Part shown: positions 14,193 to 29,013 of the stretch, piece after piece | Numbering within the stretch: position 1 is the stretch's first letter | Layout of the letters: each line of letters opens with the position of its first letter | From: the human T2T-CHM13v2.0 reference genome, Homo sapiens | DNA length: 64,000 nucleotides | Assembly (NCBI RefSeq): GCF_009914755.1 | Contig: NC_060935.1 | Reading direction: 5' to 3' (one strand) | Notes under the pieces: model-generated | Told to the model about the DNA's origin: nothing | Seen by the model: only the letters and a program-made list of their open reading frames with translations | Databases searched by the model: none | Position numbers and translations under genes: made by a program

Positions 14193-16931
14193 AGTCTTTA
14201 AGCAACTACTCTCTTCCCTAGTGTCACTATTACCATCTCTAAAGTGGTGACAGTGGCATGTGTACATGTGTACGTTCTTGAGGGTCCTGTTTCTAATACC
14301 ATCATTTCTCCATGGACCACCCAGTATTTCACTCACTTGGTTGCAGATAGCTGCAAACTCAGCCCAAATTTAGACCAATATAAAATGAATAGCTTTGCAG
14401 GCAAAGTCAAAGGCTATGAGTTCCTTCCAGGCCCTGGGAATTCTGTGTGCGGTTAGAGGAGACTGGCAAGTCCCCTCTCCTACTCTCTTTCTAGGGTTTC
14501 ACCCATTGAGAATTTCTCCTGAAAAGACTCATCATTCAGCTCAGCCTGCCTACCACTTATTGAGCACCTAGCAAGTACCAAGCTCTGCTAAGAATTCACC
14601 GGCTTGATCTTGGCATCACTGAAATTATTTTTCTTTGGAGGAAGACACTGTAATAGAATGGCATGTTTCTAAAAGTGCCAGATGTTAGTAGGCATGCTTT
14701 AAAATAATAAATTAACTCACTCCAAAGGGAAAAAAAAAACAATACAAGTAAGCAGAAGAAACAGCCTTCCATCTCTGGGCATCTTTGTCCATGTGTGTTC
14801 GCTTGCTGCAGCCTCCATGCTCTGCAAGGCTGTTTTATTCTTCTTTGTAGGCAGGATTTTAAATATCTACAGAGCCTGCTCAGTAAAGCAATTAGAGAGC
14901 TCCTTGTATATTTCAATCTGGTTAATGGCTTCCCAAGCCATTCCCTCACTAAAGAAGTGCATAACAGCAAAGGCAGCCAACGAGCACCCCTCGGAATCCA
15001 CACTCTCTTAATGGAAAGCAAGCAGCCTAATTTGTTTGCCAAGACTGTCGGAGCCCCCCCCGACGCCAAGTCCCAGTCTAAAATGACTTTTTATGTCCAA
15101 GTTACCGATTTCTCTGAAAACAACAACTTATAATGGAAATGTGGACATTTAACTCAAGTGCTCTTTTGTAATGGTTTTGCATTAGCGTTCTGAGAGGCAA
15201 AGCAACCACAAAGTTAACGTATTGGGTGTTCTAGCAGGGAAGGAGGGATGGAGGGAAAGAAAAGCTGTGGAAAACAAAAGGTGATTTTATTTGATAACAT
15301 TAAAAGAACATTAGATTTGCACTCTATGAACTGGGCTGCATAAACGAGAGATCATTCAGGTAGACAGGCGGCTGTTTGTCAGGTGGGTTCTCCCCTGCCC
15401 CGCAGTGCCTGGCATTCAAGTCCTATCTGTATGTGACAGATTCCACTGGACCAAAAGCCATCCTAGGCTGCTGCTGCTGCAAGCCATGGAATTTCATACA
15501 AGTTCGTAACTTCCGACAGTCTGATTTGATAAAAACCCCAAACCCACAGTAGCCCATTATATGGGCAAACTATTCATTTTATATCCACCTCCTTGTCGTG
15601 TCAGTGCAGAGGTCATCTAAAGAGGAGGCCTAATTAATCAATCTGTCAGAGGCAATGAGGAGGAGCATGTTAATAGGACTTTTATTTCACCCAGGAAAGC
15701 AGTGGCCTGACAGGGACCAGAAAATATGGCTTTGGTGTTGCTGTTTATTAGCAATGCTGAGACCAGTTGTAATAGGAGCCGAGCAGTGTGTGGGTGATAA
15801 AGTGTGGGGTGTCAAGAAGCGGCAGCAACCAGAAATTAGACTGACAAGAGCCAGCACTCGCTGGATATTGATAGCTGATAAATAGGAAGCCAGGTGCAAA
15901 CGGGCATACGAAAGAGAGTGGCACAGCAAACAAGAGTTTGCGCAGTTAAACAGGGGCAAGTAAGAAAGGCCGAGTGTGGATTTTGTCCTTTGCTGATAGC
16001 TAGAGGGGTCTGCTTCAGAATGAATCTTTACTTCAATCAACCGGTATTTCCTGAGAGGTTTCGTGAGTCCCTGCCCTAGGTGCTGGAGATACAAGGATCC
16101 ACGAGACGTCACCCTACCATCCAGTACTACATTTATGATCTTAGGGAGCAGATCCCCTTAAGAATGTGAAGAAAGCTATAGACCCTCGAAAGATAAAATT
16201 CATATTTACACCAAGGACACACAATTTACCTACAATTTCAGGGAGTTTACAAAACTGAAGCCCACTCTGAGATGTTTTCAGAGAGAAGCCCTGGCTTAAG
16301 ATGAGGGAAATCCCTGTCTGTTGTCACCATTTACTATACAGGGGGTATTTTTTCAGACGTGAATGAGCATCATTTCTTGGGGGAGAATGAGTCAAATCAC
16401 AAGGGCATCATTTTCCTAAGAGGGGAAAGGGTTTGCAATGGAATACTAAAGGACATCTTGATGTCACTCACATCAAACCCTACGCATGTCATGCTTTCAA
16501 CAGCAACATCCCTGTTGTGGGGAGGGAGCCATGATGTTCAGCAAAGTCAACCAGCCAAGAAATCAACAGCTCCCTGGATTGAACTGGGCGCTCAGACTTG
16601 AGCCTGCAGCAGGAGCACCTGATGAGTTCCACAAACACACCCTTGCCAGGGTCCCACCTAGAAGCCTCACTCCCTATCTATGGTCTGAAGCCCAGGCTTC
16701 TGATTGTTACACGGGTTCCACAGATTATCCTGCTACACACTAAAGTGTTACGGCTTTATCACATCTATCCTTACAACTGCCATTCAGGAGGTTACTGCTA
16801 TAAGTCTATTTTGACCTACAAGGAAATGGGCTTTTTATGATAACTTTATTCTACAAGGATGAAAGGCAAAGGATTAACATTTTTATGTTTAGAAGGCCTT
16901 TCTTGAAATCTCAGAGAAGCACTCCCCACTA

Positions 16932-17202
16932 TTTTTTTTTTTTGAGACAGTCTCACTCTGTCACCCAGGCTAGAGTGCAATGGCATGATCTTGGCTCACC
17001 GCAACCTCCGCCTCCCGGGTTCAAGTGATTCTCCTGCCCCAGCCTCCTGAGTAGCACCACCACGCCTGGCTAATTTTGTATTTTTAGTAGAGACGGGGTT
17101 TCTCCATGTTGGTCAGGATCTCGAACTCCCGACCTCAGGTGATCTGCCTGCCTCGGCCTCCCAAAGTGCTGGGATTACAGGCGTGAGCCACCACCCCCGG
17201 CC
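16932..17202 (-). mobile_element. AluS SINE
   Basis: Reverse Alu with poly(T); perfect TSD actccccactattttt (16921-16936 / 17203-17218). Confidence 0.95.
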
Positions 17203-17224
17203 ACTCCCCACTATTTTTAACCAC

Positions 17225-17453
17225 ATGCTGTATGTTTCCTTCATAGTACTTACCATAATTCATAACTCTGGATTATTTTGTTTTAGTCATCTGTTTACTT
17301 GCCTGTTTTTTAGTCTCTTCTACTAGATTTTAAGTTTACCACAGCAGGGATTGTGTCTATTTTATTCCTTAATCTATATCCACTATCAAACACAGTGCCT
17401 GGAACATGGTAGTTGCTCAGTAAATGTTAAGAGAATGAATGAATGAATGAATG
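17225..17453 (+). mobile_element. L2 LINE 3' end
   Basis: cacagtgcctggaacatggtagttgctcagtaaatg followed by a (GAAT)n tail. Confidence 0.8.
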
Positions 17454-17524
17454 CCCCTATGTATAGCTAAAAATTACATTAATCAGGATGTCATAAATGT
17501 TAAAGTTCTGCTGTGTTTATATAT

Positions 17525-18422
<898 letters not shown>

Positions 18423-20349
18423 ATATGAACTCATTACTTTTTTCCAAAATATTAATTGAGCATCTGCTACTGCCAGGCCTTGTCAGACCTGAAGATGCAG
18501 TGGTTAATCAAAGAGCCTAAAACCCGCCCTCATGGGGTTCCAAGAGTCCTACTCCTTGTCTATATCAGAATAATAAAGACAACAACTAAAGCAAAATGAG
18601 TAAAAATAGACATTGTGTATAAGTTATTCCTTTATTTCAGGTGTGACACAGAGTAATTTGTATATATTATCTCATTGATTCTCACAACTCTCCTATAAAT
18701 TAGATGCAGTTATTGGTCTCATTTTACAGATGAAGATCTCAACTTGGAGAAGTGAAGTAAACCACTGATAACCAGAATTGAGCAAATGGGGGAACTGGGA
18801 TTTTTGACAATAGCTGACTCTGGTTCCAAAACCTGCATTCATAGGATAAGCAATATGGCCACTCCTAGGTGCTTCTAAACACCCTATAAACAAATTCACA
18901 GAAAAATAATAGCTGCATATGTGAACTTCCTAGGGGCCTGTTCAGCACCCAAGTTTTATATTTAAGAGTTTAACAGCATATGTTTTAGTGGAGTTTTCCA
19001 GTTTGTACAGCATTTCCACATTAAATGACACATTTTAACCTCAGAGAAACTCTGTATCGGGTACAGATAGATTATTAGCCCCCTTTTTCAGAAGAAGTAA
19101 TAAGCTCAGAGGAGATCTGGCTCAGGGCCACACAGCCAGTAAACAGTAAAAATACTGAACCCGATCTCATAGGCTCTCTGGCTTCCCAGTATTATTTAAT
19201 TTTTGCATTTAAAGGATTCATAAACTATCCCAGTGGATCCATGGGAAATAATCTGTGAGCACAATTGTATCATGAGACATGAGAGCAACAGCTTGGTGTG
19301 GTGACAAGAGCCACGTGGCTTCTTCATGCTAGCGTCACCCCTAACTAGCTGTAGGGGTCTGGGCAAATCGGTTCCCCTCTCTGGGACTAGACTTCTTTCT
19401 CTGTAAAGATGAGGATGGGGACTTTGACTACATGATCTATAAGCTGTCTTCCAGCTTTGAAACTCAATGTGAAGCTGTATCTCACCCCCTTATTTTTTTC
19501 TCCTTTTGGGCTTCCCTTCTTCACCTTTTAGCTGCTTTTGTTACATTCGAGGATTAGATGTCACAAAGCTTAGGCCCCTCTTGTCTAAGGACCTTGGCTG
19601 TCAAGACTTAGAAATGCAATTCCCACTGCTAACCTGGCCCCCCTGCAGTTTGAAGTGAGAGCTCAGACTGAGGGATGTGGTCTTTGCCAGAGGCAATATT
19701 TGTTATGATAGATAATGAAGATTCCAAATGCCCAGTGTCCTCTTATTTATCATTCAAACCTGGCTGATTCAAAGATTTTGCTAATAAGGAATCTTTAGGG
19801 CCAGAAGTACAATCTATTTGGAATCTCAGGAACCCCACCACTACCACCCTCACTCTCACTCCATGGGAGACGTTATTTTAATGATAAAAGAAGCCTGTAT
19901 TTCAAATGTTCACTTAACTTTTACTATTTCCTTGTGTATTTCAAAAACATTAGAGAAACTTTTGAAAGAATACAACTGTTTTCTGCTGTAGGACTCATTA
20001 TTATGCAATTTGAGGGGTGGGAGGGGACATTTTCAGGTGTCTGCGAATGACTGCAGATTAATTTCACTGACTGACAGGCTGCGGTGGGAAGTCAGCTGGA
20101 GATCTGGAGACAGCAGACCTATGCCCTAGTTCCAGCTCAATGCAATTGTGGGCAAGTCATTTAACCTTGATTTCTTAAATTGAGAATGGAATCACACCAA
20201 TTAATTCGGCCTCAAAGAAATGTGGGAAGTAGGAGGGAGCCGTAAAACGATTCCCATTTCCTGCCTCTTCTCATTTTGCCCTTTTTGTTCACTTAATGCT
20301 GCCCAAAGCCACCTCAGCTTCACTTGTGGTCACTGTGGAAAGAAAGCAG

Positions 20350-20945
20350 AAAGCAGATTATTTCTCTTCTCTACTTAAAAATCTTCAAGGGCTTCTCACT
20401 GCCTAAGACTAAACTCCAAATTCTTGAGCTCCAAACAGAATCCTCCCTGCACCCAGCACTCTGGCTGCACTGACCCCTATGTGCCCTTTCCCCTTTCACC
20501 TCAGTCACCTTGATCTTGTTTCCTGTTCAGAAGGCCTTCCCTCTAGCACTGCCAAGGGTCCACAGTTGAGTCATCCTTCAAGATCTGGCTTAAACACGAT
20601 CGTGTCTGTGGGCCCTGCCCAGGCCCATCCTGTGGCACCCATACCTTCTCCATTCCCACAGCACTCTGACTTTCCTTCAGGCGGTTCCTGCAGTTTTGTA
20701 ATTCATGATGTTTCTGTGTTCCCTCTGCCTCACTACATCAGTATTTCTCTTGAGGTTTTTCGCATCAAAATCACTGCAGTGTTTGTGAGAAATGAAGATT
20801 TTGGGGTCCAACTCGAACTTACTAAGTCACACCTCTGGGGGTAAGGTATGTACTGCACACGCTAAAGCTTGAGAATGACTGCACTGGTTCATGAGCTCTG
20901 GAGTGGCAGGATTATGCCTGATTCACTGTTGTGCATCCAGATCTG
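20350..20945 (+). mobile_element. L2 fragment with an internal MER5-like insertion (~20745-20882)
   Basis: L2 motifs cttaaaaatcttcaagggcttctcactgcc, aaactccaaattctt, catccttcaagatctggctt; MER5-like end ctaaagcttgagaatgactg. Confidence 0.6.
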
Positions 20946-23900
20946 TATCCTTTTCTTGAAAAAGCTGCCTTTGGTTGTCTTGAGAAAGATATTCTGTCTA
21001 GCAGTGTGAGGATACAGAAACCACTATTAGGATAAAAGAGCTAAGAGAGCATCGCTAAGTTTCTCTGCCAACATTATTCTACGTGGCTCTGCAAAAAGGA
21101 TGGTGGAAACTTACAGCAAAAGAGGGATCTGGGAAAAAAAAAAGAGCCTTGGTGGGGGCAGCTAAAGATGGAGACATTGCAGAAAGGGCCCTTCTAGCTA
21201 AGAATGCCCAGCACATACTGCACCTTGCCCAAATGTGACTTCCTGATGAAGTTAGCAGGCATTTGCTGCAAGGATGCAAAATGAGTTATGTGCAGTGAGC
21301 ATTGAAGGCAAACACAACCCTTGAACTTTTCTTCCCCCACTGAGAACATTAAATAAATATAAAAGACTAATCTCTCAGCAGCTAAAATTAAGCCTCTGGT
21401 GACCACCAAAATAGAAGCAACAGATTCCCTAAGACCTTGTGAGTTCGGGGTTCAAGCCTAAAGGGATACACTGTTATGTCAAATTGAAGACTCAGTCGAA
21501 GAAGACTCCACACCTCTAAAGCGTTCCAGGTTCAGAAAGATACTAAGGAAACTGCAGATGTGGATGGGTTGCCTCTAGATCATCTATTGGCTCTCAAGCT
21601 ATCCTTCAATTTAGTCTTTTTCAACACTGATCTCTTTGAATTGAGGCTTTCCAGGAGCCCTAGCAAAATGAAGACGGAGACCACTTTATTTTATTTCTGG
21701 GACAATCAAATTTCTCTCCAATAGGGCAATTTCAAGACTGCCTGTTTTTGTAAATAGTGTACTGCAACCCCAGTGGTTAACGCCAAGCCCTACGTACCTA
21801 CTTCTGGCTGCGTATGGAGACGTTCTCTCTGAATTCATTTCCTTAGACATTGGGGAAATAACTGATTTTTCCTTCCCATGGGGAAAATTGAATGCACAAG
21901 AATTTCTGGTCATTTTCTACAGTTTGTTCTGTGATTTCAAAATGGTAGATCTCATTGAACACTGATAAGATCAAGCAAAGAAGACTGGCTCTGTTTCCCC
22001 ACTTGGCTTGAAAGGGCAAATGCCCTCCTGCTATGTCTAACTTGATTACTCTCTTCAAAGGCTGGCCAGGAATCTCAGACTAAGTCTTTCTGAGGCTGGC
22101 TTTGCCCTCCTTGAGGAGGGGACTGGGACCACATTTGAATGGCATTCACATGCAGCAGCAGGTATGAACAAGGAGGCTTTGAGGGCTCCAGGTGTGGCTG
22201 TGATATACAAAGGAGTTCTGGGGAGTGTCGTCTCTTTCCCAAAGAAGTCATCTCTGATCTTGTCATCTCCTGGCCACACACCCTTGTTTCATGCATTCCT
22301 CTGAGCAAACAACAACTTCCTCAAAAGATTCATTTAAAAGGGAGGGGGCTTCTTTTTACCTTGGCAAGGAGACTATTGTTGCTTGAAAACAAAAGGAATC
22401 TGCACCTTAATCCTGATGACATTTCTATAGGAACCTTATTTACAGTATGTCAAAATCCCGTTCTGCTCTTACAGCCTCATTAAATCTAAGCCTCATTTAA
22501 CTAGTAGGACATTTTTACAATGGGTTTACTGGCGTACTGTGATAAATGGCTGTCTAACATCCTTCAACAATAGCCGGGCTACAGCCATAACCACGATGTG
22601 TATAAACACTACATCAGTTTAACAATACACAGTGCTGAATAGCAGGAAGTGAAGGCAAACATTTTCCCCGAGCATTTTTTGTATGTGTGGGGGTGGAAAT
22701 AAAAGAAAAAAAATCACCAGAGGAAAAAAAATTATAAATTTTTTTTTACAAGTTTAATGTTTCTGCTGAGGATAATAAAGATGGCCTTTGAAAGTCATGA
22801 CCTAGTTTAAAAAAAAAGTTGCCTGAAATTTGATAATTTGATCCCTGAAACATAAAAAGCGTTTGCAATAGAATGAAAATGACCCTGTTCTCTCTCCTTT
22901 TTAAAAAATCCTGTATCTGAAAAATGAATAGAATGGTGTGTGAATATATGCAGCTCACCCTTCTAGAGCTGAAATCCTGCTTGCTTATTCAAGAATATGG
23001 GTTAGGTTGCTGGGCAAATCAAAACAACTAGTGCTGGGCCAGATTCTGAAGACCAAAGCACTTAAAAAAAATCAGAGAGCCTATAAGCTCTTCATTTTTT
23101 ATTCTGTGATAGAGAATCTAGCGATCATATTCCTATTCAAGACTGTTAGGGCCTCTTCCAGGTAGTTGTCAGTGCCAAAGGGTGGAGAAGCATAAGGTTT
23201 CCTAAATTAGAGAAGAAACTTAAATGTACTCAACACATTTAGATCCTGCCTGGATTTTCACTAGCCTCTGATTTAATTCCACACCAAATGCTACTGCATA
23301 ACTGGACAGAGCAAAGCCTCTAGTATTTACACTGGAGGCTAAGGTCTGACATTCTGTCTAAATGAAATTTCCCAGTTGTCCCAAGAAGTTTTTACCTTGT
23401 TTCCATGCTAGCAGTTTGAAACGTCACTACATATTGCTGCAATGACAGGTGAGCAAAAACCAACCCTGGCTTGGCTGGTGCTCAGAGCAAACAGGCCTGG
23501 GAACCAGCCTACTGTTTTCTGCCCCATTCCTGCTGAGGCACTGGCCCATACTCTGTCCCACCAACCAACATCGCCAAGGGGGCCCACAAGCTCTGCCAGT
23601 GACCCTGTCAAAAGGCCAGTTAGCAGGGACTACAAGCAATTATCATGGAAAAGAGAAGACACTTGATCTCTCCTCTCTTTCTCTTTGTGCTTTAAGAAAA
23701 AAGGCTGCCTTCTGGAGTGAATTTTGGCAATAGTTCTATTTTTATTATTAAAATATACATTTGAAGCATAAAAGGTGTTTTCCATTCATACATTAAAAAG
23801 AAAAAGCTAAGTATATATCCTTATGTTACTCCAGCGCCCTTTGTTTTTTAATGCCAAAAGGTGGCTTCTACAACTTACGCTTTCCTCCCCATATGGGATG

Positions 23901-24789
23901 GTAGGCAACCAGAATTCATGCCTGTGCGCTTCATCAACGGTGTAAATCAATTAAGCATCCCGATTCTCCCCTGGAATGTGTCCCTTTCCAGATCAGCTTG
24001 GCTTAACATGATGAGGTATGGGAGCTCCCCACTCACAAAGGTAAAGAGCCCTCACCTGGGTAGTCCTACCATGCTCAGAACTGCCTCTGGGCACATGCAG
24101 CACTCGTTAACCTGACAGCCGTTCTGCTCTGCAAGATTGACATAGTGACGCTTTGACCAAGAGGCTCCATGACTCTGTTTCTCCACTCTAACACAGACAG
24201 GACGCTGCCCTGGGTAATGTTTCATCACAGCTTGCATTCAAAACCTCTGTGTCTTGCCTTTCAAGTACAGCATACTTTCTAAGAATTTCACTGTCTCTGC
24301 AGACATGTCTTTATTTGTCCTTTATAAATATTGCTTCTCTATGGAAAAGCTGCATTATATAAATAATGGAAGGAACCTACAGCCATTCCTTTAGTTTTGC
24401 TGGTCATTCTCAAAAATAAGGAATGAATGAAGAATCTGGGAAAATTCAACTGGAGAAGAGACGATTAAGGAAAATGCCAAGTTCCCTTTGACTATTTGAG
24501 GAGCTGTCTGACATGTGAACAAAGACATTAGATGGATGTGGGTTCAAAGAAAAGGGGTTTGAGTAGGACACATATCCTTAACTGATGAATGGTTCAGTTG
24601 AGGGGAATAAACACATGGCAATGAGCAGAAGAGGGACTGGTACCCAACCAACAAAAATCAATCTTGACCATATATGGGGTAACAGATGTTGGGGTCACAT
24701 TCCATACATCACTTGGGCGGTAAAGCAGAGTTGATAAATTCATTCATTCTCATTTTCTTTCTCTCTTTCTCTGTGTTTCTCCCCAATCC

Positions 24790-24826
24790 TGTGTGTGTGC
24801 GTGTGTGTGTGTGTCTGTGTGTGTGT
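24790..24826. repeat. (TG)n microsatellite, interrupted
   Basis: tgtgtgtgtgcgtgtgtgtgtgtgtctgtgtgtgtgt. Confidence 0.95.
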
Positions 24827-25794
24827 AGTACAGGACTGTTGTAGAGGAATCCATGTACTTGATGGTTAGATAAACTTTAAGCAATATTACAATCCTGATA
24901 TTCTGTAACCCTAAGAATCAAATAGAAAGAGGACTAAAAAGAAGTAGCCTAGCACTCACTTTCTGTTTTTTAGCCCAGTTTTTTCTCATGGGTACAGAAT
25001 ATTCTGGACCTTTCCAGTGCCTTAAACAGTGCCATAATGGTTTCATATATAAGACCCTTTACACTAGCACTGTCTTTCCAGGAAGGTTAGGCTCTTAAAG
25101 CACTCCATGGGCACTAATTATTCATGCAATCATACAGCTAGCAATAAGAACAAAAATGGTTTGGAATGACAAATACTTCACAATAGGAACTAATTCACAC
25201 CTGGAAAAAAGTGATCCGTATTCCTGTTAAAAATTAATACTTCATCAAGAGGAGTAAGCTATAGAGAGAAAATTCCATTCCTGGTGGGGGTCAATCTTCT
25301 TCTCACTCTTTCTTTGATAAATTTTCTTCTCTGTCCTTTCACTTATATGACTTCTGTTGGTCTGGGGAAAAAGCTTATCAGCATTTATGGAGTACAGCAA
25401 CATGCTTTGAGAATGCACATCCAGCAATGTTCCCTGGACATGTTCTAAAGGAACTCTGAGAACAAGAAAAAGTGGAGACACAATAAGGGAGAGGTTTCCT
25501 GCCCTGGTCTGTGACAGGTTCCAATAATGAAGGGGCTGGATCCTTACTGATGTCATAAGCCCGTACTATAAAAGCTCAAAAAGAGCTTCGCATTTATAGA
25601 TGAGTCTGGCATTTTGACTTCCTAATTTTCCAAAAAAAAAAAAAAAACAGTTCCTTCTTTTTAAATTGCTGAAAGCTGATATCGCAAGAAGCTTAAAATT
25701 ACCCCCTTTGTATTTTCAAATTGTTGGTATGTGTCCCAAGTTTGCAAAGTTTCAAACTCTAATAATACCAACAAGTAAAGAAAGATCCATGAGC

Positions 25795-26000
25795 TGGTAT
25801 TTACTTGGTGCCCATTAAATTCCAGGAATCGTTACATGTAAGATCGTATTTAATCCACAAACTAGTTATTTCACAACCTTTATGTTGATAAGGCTCAGAG
25901 AGGTAAGGTAACCTGCCTAGGGTTCCACAGTTAATAAATTCCCAAACCAGGATTTGAACATAGTTCGGAGTGCAAAGGTCATGCCCTTTCAAGTACACTG
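25795..26000 (-). mobile_element. MIR SINE
   Basis: aggctcagagaggtaaggtaacctgcctagggttccacagttaataa...ccaggatttgaac. Confidence 0.7.
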
Positions 26001-27119
26001 CAAAAAAGTTCACAATATATGCTGTTTGGGTATTCTAGAATTAGTAACAAGAGTCATCTGGGGTTTACTTGTGGCCAGCCAAACTCATACGTGAGTCTCC
26101 CCAGAATCTCTGTCCCCAGATACAATTTGATGACACATATGAATCAATCCTAACACATTAAATTCCTAATGTCCAAATGTTGAGAGCAACCTCTGCTGCT
26201 GCCGTACCAAATACTTATCGGGCAGGGCTGGAATGTAAGAAATGGAGCCCCACATACGATAAGCAATTCATGCCACAGTGCAAGGAGCTCTACTGTGAGA
26301 GCTGAAGCCCCAGGCTCTCATGTGGGCTCTTTCAAAGCAGCATCTCCAATTTGTTCCTCAGCTTATTTTCTCTCGTGCCTAATGAGAGATTAAGATGAAA
26401 TGATCTCAAAGGGCCTTTCTAGTTCTATGCATGGAGAAAATGTTTTGAGGGTGGAAGAGAAAAAGTTAGAAAATAAAGAAGGAAATCATAAGATGCTAGA
26501 GATGGAAAGAAACACTGAGATCAGAGAGTACAACCTTGCCATTTAAGTACGAAGAAAGTGAAAGTCAATGGGAAAAGAGGACACCCTAAATTATGGAACC
26601 AGTAATTGAACCATGTATATAATTGGAGTCTCCCTAAGTTTCACATCAACCCTCATTCTATAACACAGAGCAGAATGCACTTGAAATCCAACAGATAATG
26701 AAGGGAAAATATTTTAGAAATCAGCAAAAAGATCACAATTATCCATGTCCCAATCAACTCAGAACCTGAATTAACTGGATTTTAATTTAGTTTGCCTTCC
26801 ATTTTGGAGGAAAGAAACAGAAAGATGTCCTCATCATCAAATTACACGGAGCAATTCTAGGGATAAATACGCCACCAACCCAAACACCTACAGCTTCAAA
26901 GTCAGTTGTTCTCACACTTTAGTAGGCATAAAAATCACCCTGGGTGCTAAAGTGCCAATTTCCTGCTCTACCACCAAAGGTTCTGATTCATGTCTAAGAA
27001 GGGCTGAGGCACTGGGTTAACAAGCACTGAGGTCAAAGCTGAGACTTGTATTCAGGAACCATGTGTTCTAAAGCTGGATGAGTGAGAACAATAAAATTAT
27101 GTTAACTACGGACATCTAG

Positions 27120-27443
<324 letters not shown>

Positions 27444-28587
27444 TTGCACAGTTCTTAAGGTAAAGGAGTTTTTGTTCAATCCTCAGAAATTTAAATTTAC
27501 CCAAACACCCCACCTACCAAAGATGCCTGTTTATCTGTATTGTGCTACTTTCTGTGCACAATGTTAGCACATTCATAAAGAAATCCATTTCCTAAAGTGA
27601 GACTTTGCTGCGACCACAGAATATCTGGTTTGAAATACACAACATCACTATGACAACTCTAATTTTATAATAAGAAAACCCACAAACATCCCAGCCTAGA
27701 AAATAAAACCTAAACTATGGCTTTTGAAATACTGAGTCTCTTGAGGTTTTTCTGCAACTACAAATGTTCAAGACTTCACAAGATGAAAGCCATGGTAGCG
27801 CCTTGAGGTCACATGATAAGGGGAGGCCTTGACAAGATCATAAAATATTCAGTATAGCAGTTTTCAAATCCACAAAGCTTCACATAGAAGCTCTCTCTCT
27901 CTGGTATCATATTATTCCAAGAAGTAGAACGAGTTAACAGTTACCTGAAATCAGAACTAATGTCCTCCTGCTCCCTCCTCTTGGCCCAAACCTGCCATAT
28001 GTGTGGTCAGGTTGGGTAACATACACCAGTATCAAACATTTCTTTCTCTTTGGAAATCCTGAACTGAACATGTGTATTGTAGTTAATTAGCTTTGCCCAA
28101 AGGTGGCAACTGTTTTCAGAAAGCCAAACTGACACTCTTTTTTTCCAAAAATGAAAGGAAATGGCTTGAACTATCTGGAGGCAAACAGCAGCAAGGAGGC
28201 TTTATTTGAGAGTCAGCCTGGCGTCTGCTTCACTTTGTAGACCACATGGCCACTGTGGGAATGAGAAAGCACTGGGAGCTTGGCCGTTACAAAGGCACAC
28301 GGGGCATTTTGTACTTGGCACACACAAGATCAGGTACACCCTAAAAGGAAGCAGCAATGGACAGATGGGAGTTTCACACCCTGCTTATAGCATTTTCTGT
28401 TTAAATCCAGAGGGTCCTGTATCCTTTGTGAATGCTGGCTTTTCTTCTGCATTTTGCCATAGTTTTTGCTTTTTTCTTCTTGTCTTCTTTTGATACATTT
28501 CTGCTTCCCGTGGCGACAATATAAGTGCAGTGTCCAACTTTCCCCCTCACCCCAAAAATGGAGAAAAACCTTTACTGACAAGAATCA

Positions 28588-28936
<349 letters not shown>

Positions 28937-29013
28937 AAGAATCAGATGAATACTGGTTTTATATTGTTGAGAGTAGGGTGTGATGGGAATTATGTCTGCT
29001 AAAAAGTAGCTTA

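Noticed and set aside
14596-16112. Longer overlapping ORFs (157, 112 and 141 aa)
   Set aside because: No recognisable domain, no matching splice structure, and lengths within chance expectation; better explained as non-coding sequence.
27938-27960. Minus-strand ttctgatttcAG|GTAACT recursive-like site
   Set aside because: Weak donor and short pyrimidine tract; expected by chance.
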